IMG/VR virus record: IMGVR_UViG_3300035135_001783
Span: 1 to 24,301 of that record
DNA length: 24,301 nt
Source: a virus
Lineage: Duplodnaviria > Caudoviricetes
Direction: 5' to 3' (one strand)
Of the stretch, positions 10,401 through 17,155 are shown in pieces (the first letter of the stretch is position 1; each line of letters opens with the position of its first letter). Under the pieces are notes generated by a model, which saw only the letters and a list, made by a program, of their open reading frames with translations, did no database searches and was not told the origin of the DNA. The position numbers were made by a program, and so were the translations under genes.

Positions 10401-13400
10401 CGTTAATCAAGAACTACTAGTAGGCGCATTGCCAGCATTTAGATTCTTTGACAAAGAAATTACTGATGTACTCACTGACTTAACAGTTGACATAGATCAA
10501 AACAGCGATCTCTTAGTTACAGGTAGCACAGTAAATCCATTTGATACCAGAGATTACAAAAACTATCAACAAAGCAGTCAGAGCTTTAGTGCAGATATTG
10601 ATTTTGTAAATGACTTTACTACCAGTGGATTGCCTTTGTTAAGTGAAACAGATTATAGAGTAATTGACAAAATCGACTTTGCAGCCTTCCCAACACGAAA
10701 CAAAGAAGATTATGACTTTAGTGGTGTATGGCAGAACATCAAACAGTGGAATAATAGACTTAATTATAACTATAATGACAAAGTAATGTATGAAGGACGC
10801 ACTTGGGAAATGCTAGATCCAGATGGATACAGCGGACTTAACAAGCCAAATGATCCTATTACAATTACAGGCACAGTCACATTACCTACGGTTCCGAGTA
10901 GTGGAACTAATACACTTGTGATCAATGGACAAACTATTAGTCTATCTAAAAATGCTACAACAAACAATTTGAATGTTATTAACCTAGTAGGCACAAATGA
11001 CATTGCCAGCAGCGCAGTTGTGCCTCACGGAAGCACACTAGTTGTAGGAGAAAACAGTGGACTAAGTCAAACTATTACTTTTAGTAATATTGTAACTACT
11101 ATCACATACGCTGATATAGATAAAATTGGCACAGTAACAAATCCAGTTATCAATGGTAGTGCAACCGCAGCCTTGACCATTGATGGTACACAAGTTACGT
11201 TTGACCAAACACAATCCACAATCACAAACATAGACGCACAAACAGCATATGTAAATGGCTTCAACACAAGTTGGGTACAAAATCAAAGTTTAGCCAGTGC
11301 AGAAGCTATTGATAGAATCAATGCATTTAATAGTTTGAGAATCAGCTATATTTCTGCCAATAGCAGTGCAGACTGGGTAACTTGGTTGCAAGATTATTAC
11401 AGTGCAAGTGATGCTGGACTAAACATTTCAAAACTAACATCTGAATTGTTAGCAAGCCCTGCATGGGCCAGCGATTTAACAGCCGTTCTTGACAGTGATG
11501 TTACAATAATAAACAATATTTTAGCAAAATCTTATACAACAGGAACTGCAAGCACTATACCTGCACAGGATGTTCTCGATTCGCAAGCCGCACTAGCACA
11601 AGGACAATACATCACAAATATTAAAACTTGGCAAATTGCAAATCCAAACACAGTGTTTGCGAGCAGTACAATTGTAGCAACTGCTAGTAGCAGTGGATTC
11701 CAAACATATCAATTGTCAGACATTGTAAACAGAATCAACAGTGCAGGAATTCCAAATATCACTGCTGGTACTGATGCTAATAGATTAAAAATAACAAAAA
11801 CAACTACAACACCTAGCTTGCCGTTCAGTATGTCAATAAGTGCTGATACAAGTAATAGTGATGTAGGTTTTCCTTCTACTACAGAAACTATCAATGCTAC
11901 TACAGTTAGCACAGTTACAACACCTAACCTAACAATTACTGAAGTGGTCAATCAAATCAATGCAGCAGGTATAACAAACATCACTGCACAGATTAATGCT
12001 ACTAACACAAACTTACTACAGATCAACAGCAACAACAGTCAGTTGTATGTAGGAACAGGCACAGCTAACAGTGTAATTGGAGTAACAACAGGTATTACAC
12101 TAGCAGGCACAAGTGTTACTACAACACCAATCAATTTAGGTATAACAGATATTGTTGAATTGATTAATGCTGCTGGACTGACATCTGTAACAGCAAATAA
12201 CAGCAATAATAGACTGCAATTAATTTCAACCAGTCCTACACTAATAATTGGTGCAGGAACAGCAAACTCAATTGTAGGACTTACTGCACAAACATATAAT
12301 GCCACACAGACAACTATCAGTAATGTGTTTGAAGCACTTGTGGATGCACAAGGTAATCCTAGCTTTATTAAGATGGCAAACGATCCAAACATTTTTAGTA
12401 TTTGGGTTGCAAACAACACTGAAGTAGGAGACTTTGATAAAGGTTATGCTGTGTATCAAACAATGGACTTTGGTATGTATATTACCAAAGCCTGTGCAGG
12501 TATCAATGACGGCGACGATGCACAGATTATGATTGCAAGACCACAAGGTGAAACACAAGCACACAATTTAAATGTAGATGACTATGTGTTTATTACTGGC
12601 AGCACCACAGTGCCAAACATTGATGGTATTCACAAAGTGACTGCAATAAATCCAAACAATCCTCTAATGTTTTACATTGATGAATACATCGAGCAAGAAG
12701 GAGGCATAGGTAATGTATATCCTCTCAGAGATGTGAGATTCTCAAACTATGCAAGTCTTGTAGCAGCTCAAACAGCTCAAACAAACGGAGTGTGGACATA
12801 CAACTTTAGTGGCGTAAGACAAAATAATACCAGCACACCAATATACGCATTTGTGGATGATGATGGGAATGGCGTTCCTACAGTCTACAAATGGACAGGC
12901 GGCTGGAACGACACTAGTGGTCACACAGGAGGTGTATGGCAAGTTGTAAGAACCGGTATACGTCAAGCCAAAAACAATCTTATTGAGAATGTAAAAATAT
13001 ACGATGCTAAACGCAGAACTACAATTGCTCAACTGGAGACATGGGATCCAGCAAAAGGCATTCTGTTAGGATTTATTAAAAATGAAATCGATTATCTAGT
13101 TACCACAGATATTGCAGTTTACAATTACAATACGCTAGATGGAGAAATAGATACCACTAAAAATTGGGGAGCAAGTAAAGTTGGTAAACGTTGGTGGAAT
13201 CTAACTACCAGTGTTTTCCTAGACTACGAACAAGGCAGCGTGGATTATCAACAAAATAACTGGGGTCGTTTATTTGATGGCGCAAGTGTTGATATTTACG
13301 AATGGACACGCAGTCCTGTGTTACCTGAACAATGGCTCACAGAAGTATCAAGAGGCACTGTGATCGATGGCAAACAAGCCAGCGGTGTTCCTTTCTTTGA

Positions 13401-15606
13401 AATCATTGACGACGAAGTTGTTTATAGTTGGAGTGAAGAAACCTACTACAACAAAAAGACAGGTCGTAATGAAACTTACTATTATTTCTGGGTAAAAGAC
13501 AAAGAAAACTTTACAGGACAAAGACTTTACAATACTAGTCAACTGGCACAAGCTGTTAGGAATCCTAGTAACTTTGATATAAGTTGGTGTGCAGCTAGTG
13601 GCAGTGATGTGTTGTTTACTAGTAACATTGCTAGATTTGTCACTGAACACAGTGTGATTCAAGTAAACAAAATTTACGAAAGCAATAGTAGTCCATTAAA
13701 CGAATGGACACTGTTGGCTGAAGATGATCCTGACACTGTTATCCCGGAGTATTTACATATTAAAATGCGTGATAGTTTGGCTGGATACAATAATTATAAA
13801 CAACGCTATGACTATACCAGTTGGAATAGTACCACAGTATATCAGCCTAATCAAGTAGTACAAGACGGAACAGATTATTATATAAGTTTAGACAATGGTA
13901 CACAAAATGGGCCTAATCAAAATCAGCAGCCTAGTTTAGATACAGATATGAGTCATTGGTCAAAGATTTATGATTATAACTTACCTGACGAAACACAACA
14001 AGATGATATTGATGTGTGGCGTGGGCAGATGATACCAGATCTTAAACTACACCCTTACAACAGATATGGACATTTAATTAGACCTAGACAAAGTTTATAC
14101 AGAGATCTAGTAGAAGCTAGACAAAACTGGGTTTATACAGTTAACAAACTACTGTCAGAAATAGTTGCTGTGAATGATATTGTACAATGGGACAGTGTGT
14201 TTAACCATACTTTCGTACAAGGTAATGTAACATATAGTATGAACAAATACTGGAACTGGGTAGATTACAGTGCAGCACAATGGGTGCCAGGAACAACCCC
14301 TGACAAAACCTATGATGACTATGTTGCATTTAACCAAGTTGTAGATGACAAAGATGGCACATACAGTTTGATTAAAAACGTAGTACACACAGATGGTATT
14401 AACAGACCAGAAATTTATTACTGGCTCAACGGAGACAGAACACTGGTTTGGAAATCCAAAGGCACAATTGAACTAAGTGAAGAAATGTGGAATCAAAGCA
14501 AGTTTGGTCACGGTTATGATGCAACAGGTTTTGATATTACTCCTTGGGATAGTGGTAGCAGTAACAGCATTGGCAAATTGTTTGACTTGCTGAGAGAAAA
14601 AGTTTTTGTTGGCAGCAATAGACACAAGTACAACACACTGTGGTTCAGTTGTTTAAATCAAGCAGTCACACAAAATACTACAGATGATTTTGCGTTTAAG
14701 ACAACTTATGTAAAACTGAGAGTGAATCATCCTCTGTTAACAGAAAGAGATACATATGAAAATTATGATATCACTCCAGTGGAAGAATTTGTAAACATTA
14801 TTAAACCTTTCCATACAAAACTGCACACAAGTATGCGCAAAACAACATTCGGCGAAGCTAATTTGATTGAAGTTGAAGAAACACAACGCAATCAAATTAT
14901 AACAATGCGTTACAATGACCATACTGTTAGAGATTGGGAAGGTGATGTTGTATTACTAGGAGGTGAGTTGTCTACAGATCCAGATAATACAGATAGTATG
15001 GAATTTACAACTGTTGACAATGATATCGAATACATATATAATGGAAACGATTTTGATCAACCTCATGAAGAAGGATGGGGAGAAGAACTTTATCCTGTAG
15101 ATTACACAGAAAATATTAGTATTAACGTGCAAACTAACGCAAGTGGTAGTACCGAAGATGCTGACAGCAGAGCCTTTAGGATTAACATGTACATGCCTCA
15201 AAACATACAGAGAAGCACAGTTATCGAAAATGCAAATAAAACAACTACTACAGCTGAAGTTTTAGCAGCAGACACAACAATACCTGTTAACGCAGTTAAC
15301 TTAGCAAACTTTGCTGATTATGGAGTAGCTTGGATTGGCAGTGAACGTATTGAATATGATGCTAAAGACAGCGATAACTTGTTGTATGTTACAAGAGGTA
15401 CACTAGGAACTCCAAGTCAAGTGCATGCAAGTGCAAGTACAGTGATGGAAGCTAACAGCCGTATTCCAACTCCAGATCGTTTTGCACACTACGAAGATAA
15501 TTTAAGGCTGGCTTACAATGATAGTGGTGTAAGCCTTGCAGATCCAGCTGGTGGAATTACACCAGAACATGCTTTCATTAGAAATGCAGGACAAGGATCG
15601 ATATAA
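4408..15606 (+). CDS. Giant multidomain virion/baseplate protein (3732 aa), positional equivalent of a gp7-like wedge protein with adhesin-like modules
   Basis: Uninterrupted 11.2-kb ORF with ATGA overlap on the gp6 stop. N-terminal 'EFLP.IFQT..NKQFL.ATLEQL' and C-terminal 'EEFVN.IKPFHTK' resemble wedge-type motifs. Contains CBM5/12-like, GGSGY, beta-sandwich and flagellin-IN-like modules. Confidence 0.8.
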   Translation: MSEKQAKPVQAPLITRPGASSEYIGPRNIVEFLPTIFQTPANKQFLDATLEQLMSTGSLMAINNFLGTNYKKSASDNYLVDNRTSDFYQFTPGVTNRDNENNITQALSYDDLINTLDFNEVDTNQQNKLLNEQGYTLDMPINYDMFINYHNYFWLVDILPPCSIKPTQANPIDIDTLVDDLYYTTPTLSTGNTLELMNGMRVRFMPTQIDRFTQTVPGNQIFTATVNQANTVKVYKNNQLLENIPSNYTYNTAGGVVIFAVAPAVNDEIEIHSFYAYSSSNDYAVGDIYIVDGVGDEGKIRLTKQFTSGQVEGTYSTRNWLNHTVYSSQEPKGFDEDGTSFEFDPYDIREWRMTTRDYVVEKRYSQDVSAWARSNLWIHETAAQAVVNFEGLDQSEYLADNFRGVRPIIEYKDGIEKYNYGRNHIGYVAHLIEDTIDPATQIVGQIIYSHNTYGITTDWSFILGYENGDRVRVNMGGYITYWECIQTHGDPINPTYYENRKYWREITDENLEDGDLVLFLRTTNAAYTNRIFRVGGVTAGTGITLTEVYGSSSTPLNSGDKVVVMKGYNTIQWDDDESTKPYSGSEWYWDGTDWIYGQQKMHRSAGMQVQLYDSVLTKLDDTTKYPTSTFVGDYIFDYGKNTATKFDDALGFSPRYVDYGNTPGLSFDFGLGGVRYNYTIYDTDTDNSKTLEILGYYYYKNYHTNRYFNGWSAVRGGQPVRKHIQKIAKTGDTSLTFNLGTTDYNKDSKLSFVLRNNLLTVDSENTTRINQIAGSLPTLYMSRNATYDIETYFDQTKLEFLAFDGSALAPADFARTAGSDNRFTVQPLSSTIKAIVYRHADYPTVKGAVYFDDDTVAHNIKVLKNGADYTAFTLASNILTVTGVDVDDVFDVTYHSDSKLSEAEGNFMPADTHIYNPQNRTLVDASFGDLVAHMREQMQGIPNFTGDYFGLNNYDSIAHVHQFGGTIRQQAFSTELLGQTSLDTDTDAFSALKYSAQEYRRFKSQFALKVAQLHKITKIETPIHEIVDQALKEIHIGKNFDSQFANSNMAMYRDYQSQDYTWINTFTPVFDLPNAVNTYDDTENHIQAWIMEDDGSGNDVWKPMVKGVDYTLSRTQITVTKTVVFPSSGGAKLHVRWYPQNAVSFTPNSAAKLGLVKPHQPELRSDYSKDSTGTATDSVIIGHDGSIHVRNGTELYNRSAVGFDPIDAALWDLELRISNNLLGLDDIVLYQNIMPNANRLSPNSWADINQALLPEYNKWKIRNNKTSFQSTSYYDVADAFTFNYSAVGPGIGGWRGLYTYYFNTDRPHTHPWEMLGHNTKPTWWDANYSWTVPAERTALIEALTYGHYNDPSDTYKRYNRSLAISPSVYNLTVNTLVTSAGVLNDPVTAGVVSAPTTTQASKDFVFGDWGPIEAEWRRSSEYKIILFIALMRVRPLWTLNTFFNSKQRKFLDQVGYDDVQWLFDNTQDLGDNKTPRLSYTPFEDSIVESVRVINGGSGYTSAPALGVYDNFGSDASLTAHISGGVVTHVSVDNPGSNYYSKPTIIASSGSAQFEATLTKGARRYFAGLSNAIIEFAKYNTTTVTQIIDRFESLDYNPILKAGGFVNPSTQQFILESSQDKGSTAIPEENYNSFLYISKPAQELFIGAIRVSKSGSRFIVNGYDNSNQYFKYNKPNFGGPSVTVSEEIPMKRYKEFDQAVSTIDYNSVINTAQEVYDLIHGYDNYLRSKGWITNWRSVASQFVYWTTQDSVTTDIILMPNTSKLQIEDGDTGYFDTLNKKYDGVYNIVGTDGKQITSNRILIERELTNTDDPKTTIQVKSAEDSILGLRLYKVAVEHAVVFDNSTNFDDIVFDPALGQLHTRITWKGSRTKDWNGKFYSPGYIVDDNSIVQNFDTTARELDQYYGPNNTLGNQQISNVARFNSGYNKPQWAEKLKLDDDTAFNFVNSSKKYRGTKLAVDAFMRNNSLFGKESSADVFEQWAIRTGDYGDVRSRDTLEFSVNQELLVGALPAFRFFDKEITDVLTDLTVDIDQNSDLLVTGSTVNPFDTRDYKNYQQSSQSFSADIDFVNDFTTSGLPLLSETDYRVIDKIDFAAFPTRNKEDYDFSGVWQNIKQWNNRLNYNYNDKVMYEGRTWEMLDPDGYSGLNKPNDPITITGTVTLPTVPSSGTNTLVINGQTISLSKNATTNNLNVINLVGTNDIASSAVVPHGSTLVVGENSGLSQTITFSNIVTTITYADIDKIGTVTNPVINGSATAALTIDGTQVTFDQTQSTITNIDAQTAYVNGFNTSWVQNQSLASAEAIDRINAFNSLRISYISANSSADWVTWLQDYYSASDAGLNISKLTSELLASPAWASDLTAVLDSDVTIINNILAKSYTTGTASTIPAQDVLDSQAALAQGQYITNIKTWQIANPNTVFASSTIVATASSSGFQTYQLSDIVNRINSAGIPNITAGTDANRLKITKTTTTPSLPFSMSISADTSNSDVGFPSTTETINATTVSTVTTPNLTITEVVNQINAAGITNITAQINATNTNLLQINSNNSQLYVGTGTANSVIGVTTGITLAGTSVTTTPINLGITDIVELINAAGLTSVTANNSNNRLQLISTSPTLIIGAGTANSIVGLTAQTYNATQTTISNVFEALVDAQGNPSFIKMANDPNIFSIWVANNTEVGDFDKGYAVYQTMDFGMYITKACAGINDGDDAQIMIARPQGETQAHNLNVDDYVFITGSTTVPNIDGIHKVTAINPNNPLMFYIDEYIEQEGGIGNVYPLRDVRFSNYASLVAAQTAQTNGVWTYNFSGVRQNNTSTPIYAFVDDDGNGVPTVYKWTGGWNDTSGHTGGVWQVVRTGIRQAKNNLIENVKIYDAKRRTTIAQLETWDPAKGILLGFIKNEIDYLVTTDIAVYNYNTLDGEIDTTKNWGASKVGKRWWNLTTSVFLDYEQGSVDYQQNNWGRLFDGASVDIYEWTRSPVLPEQWLTEVSRGTVIDGKQASGVPFFEIIDDEVVYSWSEETYYNKKTGRNETYYYFWVKDKENFTGQRLYNTSQLAQAVRNPSNFDISWCAASGSDVLFTSNIARFVTEHSVIQVNKIYESNSSPLNEWTLLAEDDPDTVIPEYLHIKMRDSLAGYNNYKQRYDYTSWNSTTVYQPNQVVQDGTDYYISLDNGTQNGPNQNQQPSLDTDMSHWSKIYDYNLPDETQQDDIDVWRGQMIPDLKLHPYNRYGHLIRPRQSLYRDLVEARQNWVYTVNKLLSEIVAVNDIVQWDSVFNHTFVQGNVTYSMNKYWNWVDYSAAQWVPGTTPDKTYDDYVAFNQVVDDKDGTYSLIKNVVHTDGINRPEIYYWLNGDRTLVWKSKGTIELSEEMWNQSKFGHGYDATGFDITPWDSGSSNSIGKLFDLLREKVFVGSNRHKYNTLWFSCLNQAVTQNTTDDFAFKTTYVKLRVNHPLLTERDTYENYDITPVEEFVNIIKPFHTKLHTSMRKTTFGEANLIEVEETQRNQIITMRYNDHTVRDWEGDVVLLGGELSTDPDNTDSMEFTTVDNDIEYIYNGNDFDQPHEEGWGEELYPVDYTENISINVQTNASGSTEDADSRAFRINMYMPQNIQRSTVIENANKTTTTAEVLAADTTIPVNAVNLANFADYGVAWIGSERIEYDAKDSDNLLYVTRGTLGTPSQVHASASTVMEANSRIPTPDRFAHYEDNLRLAYNDSGVSLADPAGGITPEHAFIRNAGQGSI
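8863..9078 (+). repeat. GGSGY-type beta-repeat module within the giant protein (about 2 units)
   Basis: VRVINGGSGYTSAPAL...ASLTAHISGGVVTHVSVDNPGSNYYSKPTI, same family as the gp6 insertion. Confidence 0.75.
11713..12300 (+). repeat. Three tandem flagellin-hook IN-like repeats within the giant protein
   Basis: LSDIVNRINSAGIPNITAGTDANRLKI / ITEVVNQINAAGITNITAQINATNTNLLQI / ITDIVELINAAGLTSVTANNSNNRLQL, each followed by a (G/D)T(A/S)NS.(V/I)G segment. Confidence 0.75.
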
Positions 15607-15609
15607 ATA
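15602..15609 (+). promoter_or_regulatory. T4-type late promoter TATAAATA overlapping the stop codon of the giant ORF
   Basis: Exact TATAAATA(CTA) containing the TAA stop at 15604-15606, 19 nt before the ATG at 15629. Confidence 0.8.
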
Positions 15610-15628
15610 CTACAAATGGAAAAGAGCT

Positions 15629-16228
15629 ATGAGTTTAAATAAAATTGAAACACCACTAGTAAGCATTGAAGGACATATTAAAATATGGGATCCTGAAAGC
15701 GGAGAAGTATTGGTTCGTAGACGTAATGCTGTTAACTTTGAAAACATGAGCATTGCTATTGCTAATCTGTTAGCAAATAGTAGCGGAAGCACCAGTACAT
15801 ATGAGATTGCTACAATGCGCTTTGGTAACGGCGGAACCAGTATTGACGGCTTGGGTGCAGTTACATATAAAGCAACTAACACCAACAGTGCTAGCGGAGC
15901 ACTATACAATGAAACACACAGTCAAACAGTGGACGATGCTATAACGAGTAGTGTAGACAATCAAGTAATAGCACAACATACTAGTCCAAATAACTACAGT
16001 GACGTTACAACAACTTGTACATTGGATTACAATATTCCAGCAGGACAGGATTTAACAGACACTGCTACAAACATGAATGACACATATGTCTTTGACGAAC
16101 TAGCTCTTTATACAGCCAACAACGATTTGTTGACTCATGTGATTTTTCATCCAGTGCAAAAAAGCGCAAACAGAAAAATTCAAGTAGTATACACACTAAG
16201 AATAAGAAGTTCGTTCTCGGACTTATAA
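15629..16228 (+). CDS. Putative baseplate / tail-fibre attachment protein (199 aa)
   Basis: Start reassigned to ATG 15629, downstream of the late promoter and not overlapping the giant ORF. The pattern 'G.IKI.D...GE.L....N', 'FGNGG', 'FDELALY', 'F.PVQKS.NR.I.V.Y' resembles tail-collar/baseplate anchor proteins. Structural context supports this. Confidence 0.6.
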   Translation: MSLNKIETPLVSIEGHIKIWDPESGEVLVRRRNAVNFENMSIAIANLLANSSGSTSTYEIATMRFGNGGTSIDGLGAVTYKATNTNSASGALYNETHSQTVDDAITSSVDNQVIAQHTSPNNYSDVTTTCTLDYNIPAGQDLTDTATNMNDTYVFDELALYTANNDLLTHVIFHPVQKSANRKIQVVYTLRIRSSFSDL

Positions 16229-16240
16229 TAGGAAAATAAG

Positions 16241-17155
16241 ATGCCATATACAATAGATTATTCAGATCCAGGAAAATCACCAATAGTAGTAAACGACGGT
16301 GTCGTCGATACTAGCACCAGCATTAGCTTGATTGGTAAAAACTACACAAGATTTGGTGAAATTCTAAACGAAAACATGTTGCATTTGTTGGAAAACTTTG
16401 CCAACGGTACAGCGCCAAATAACCCAAGTGAAGGTCAACTTTGGTATGATACTGCTAACAGTCAGCTTATGCTGTACGATGGTAGCTGGTATCCAATCGG
16501 TGCTCCGGCAGGACCAACTAGAATTGAATATAGACAGAGATATGATACATTAAACGTGTCACACTGGACAATAGAAACTATTGTTGATGACCAAATTGTA
16601 AGTATTATTGTTGATGATACTACAGCATGGACACCACGTGCAGACGAATATCTCGAAGATGGCATAACCGCACTTAGTACTCAGTTTCCAACTATTCAAG
16701 CTGGCATCAATATGAATACAACAACTGATTACAAGTTTAGAGGTACTGCTACCAGTGCTGAATATGCTGACCTTGCAGAACGTTACGAAGCTGATGAAGC
16801 ATACGAAGCAGGTACAGTTGTGCGCTTAGGCGGCACACATGAAATTACACAAACTCTACAAACAGGAGATACTGATGTATTTGGTATTGTTAGTACTGCT
16901 CCAGGATTTGAAATGAATGCAGGAGCAGGTACAGATGATACACACCCGTTTGTAGCACTAGCAGGGCGTGTGCCTTGTAAGGTTGTAGGACAAATACACA
17001 AAGGTGATAGACTAGCAACTAGTGTATACCCAGGAACAGCTAGACGAGCAGATCCCTCAGAATTAGATGATTACAGAAAGATAATTGGTAGAGCTCTTGA
17101 ATCAAAAGATACCGATGATCAAGGTATAATTGAAGTAGTAGTAGGAGCGAAGTAA
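16241..17155 (+). CDS. Short tail-fibre-like virion protein with C-terminal peptidase-G2/intramolecular-chaperone-like domain
   Basis: N-terminal 'SISLIGKNY..FGE..NEN.LHLLENFA....P.NP.EGQLWYD' jumbo-phage fibre-type anchor. C-terminal 'ADLAERY...GTVV..GG...GIVS..PG...VALAGRVPCKV.G.I.KGD.L..S..PG.A...IIGRALE'. AGGA Shine-Dalgarno at 16230-16233. Confidence 0.7.
   Translation: MPYTIDYSDPGKSPIVVNDGVVDTSTSISLIGKNYTRFGEILNENMLHLLENFANGTAPNNPSEGQLWYDTANSQLMLYDGSWYPIGAPAGPTRIEYRQRYDTLNVSHWTIETIVDDQIVSIIVDDTTAWTPRADEYLEDGITALSTQFPTIQAGINMNTTTDYKFRGTATSAEYADLAERYEADEAYEAGTVVRLGGTHEITQTLQTGDTDVFGIVSTAPGFEMNAGAGTDDTHPFVALAGRVPCKVVGQIHKGDRLATSVYPGTARRADPSELDDYRKIIGRALESKDTDDQGIIEVVVGAK

Noticed and set aside
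4408-15606. Intein, intron or homing endonuclease as the cause of the giant ORF length
   Set aside because: No intein splice-junction blocks or LAGLIDADG/HNH/GIY-YIG motifs recognised by eye. The length is explained by structural modules.
15536-15628. ORF-track start at 15536 for the 230-aa ORF
   Set aside because: TTG start overlapping the giant ORF by 71 bp and upstream of the late promoter. ATG 15629 is more plausible.
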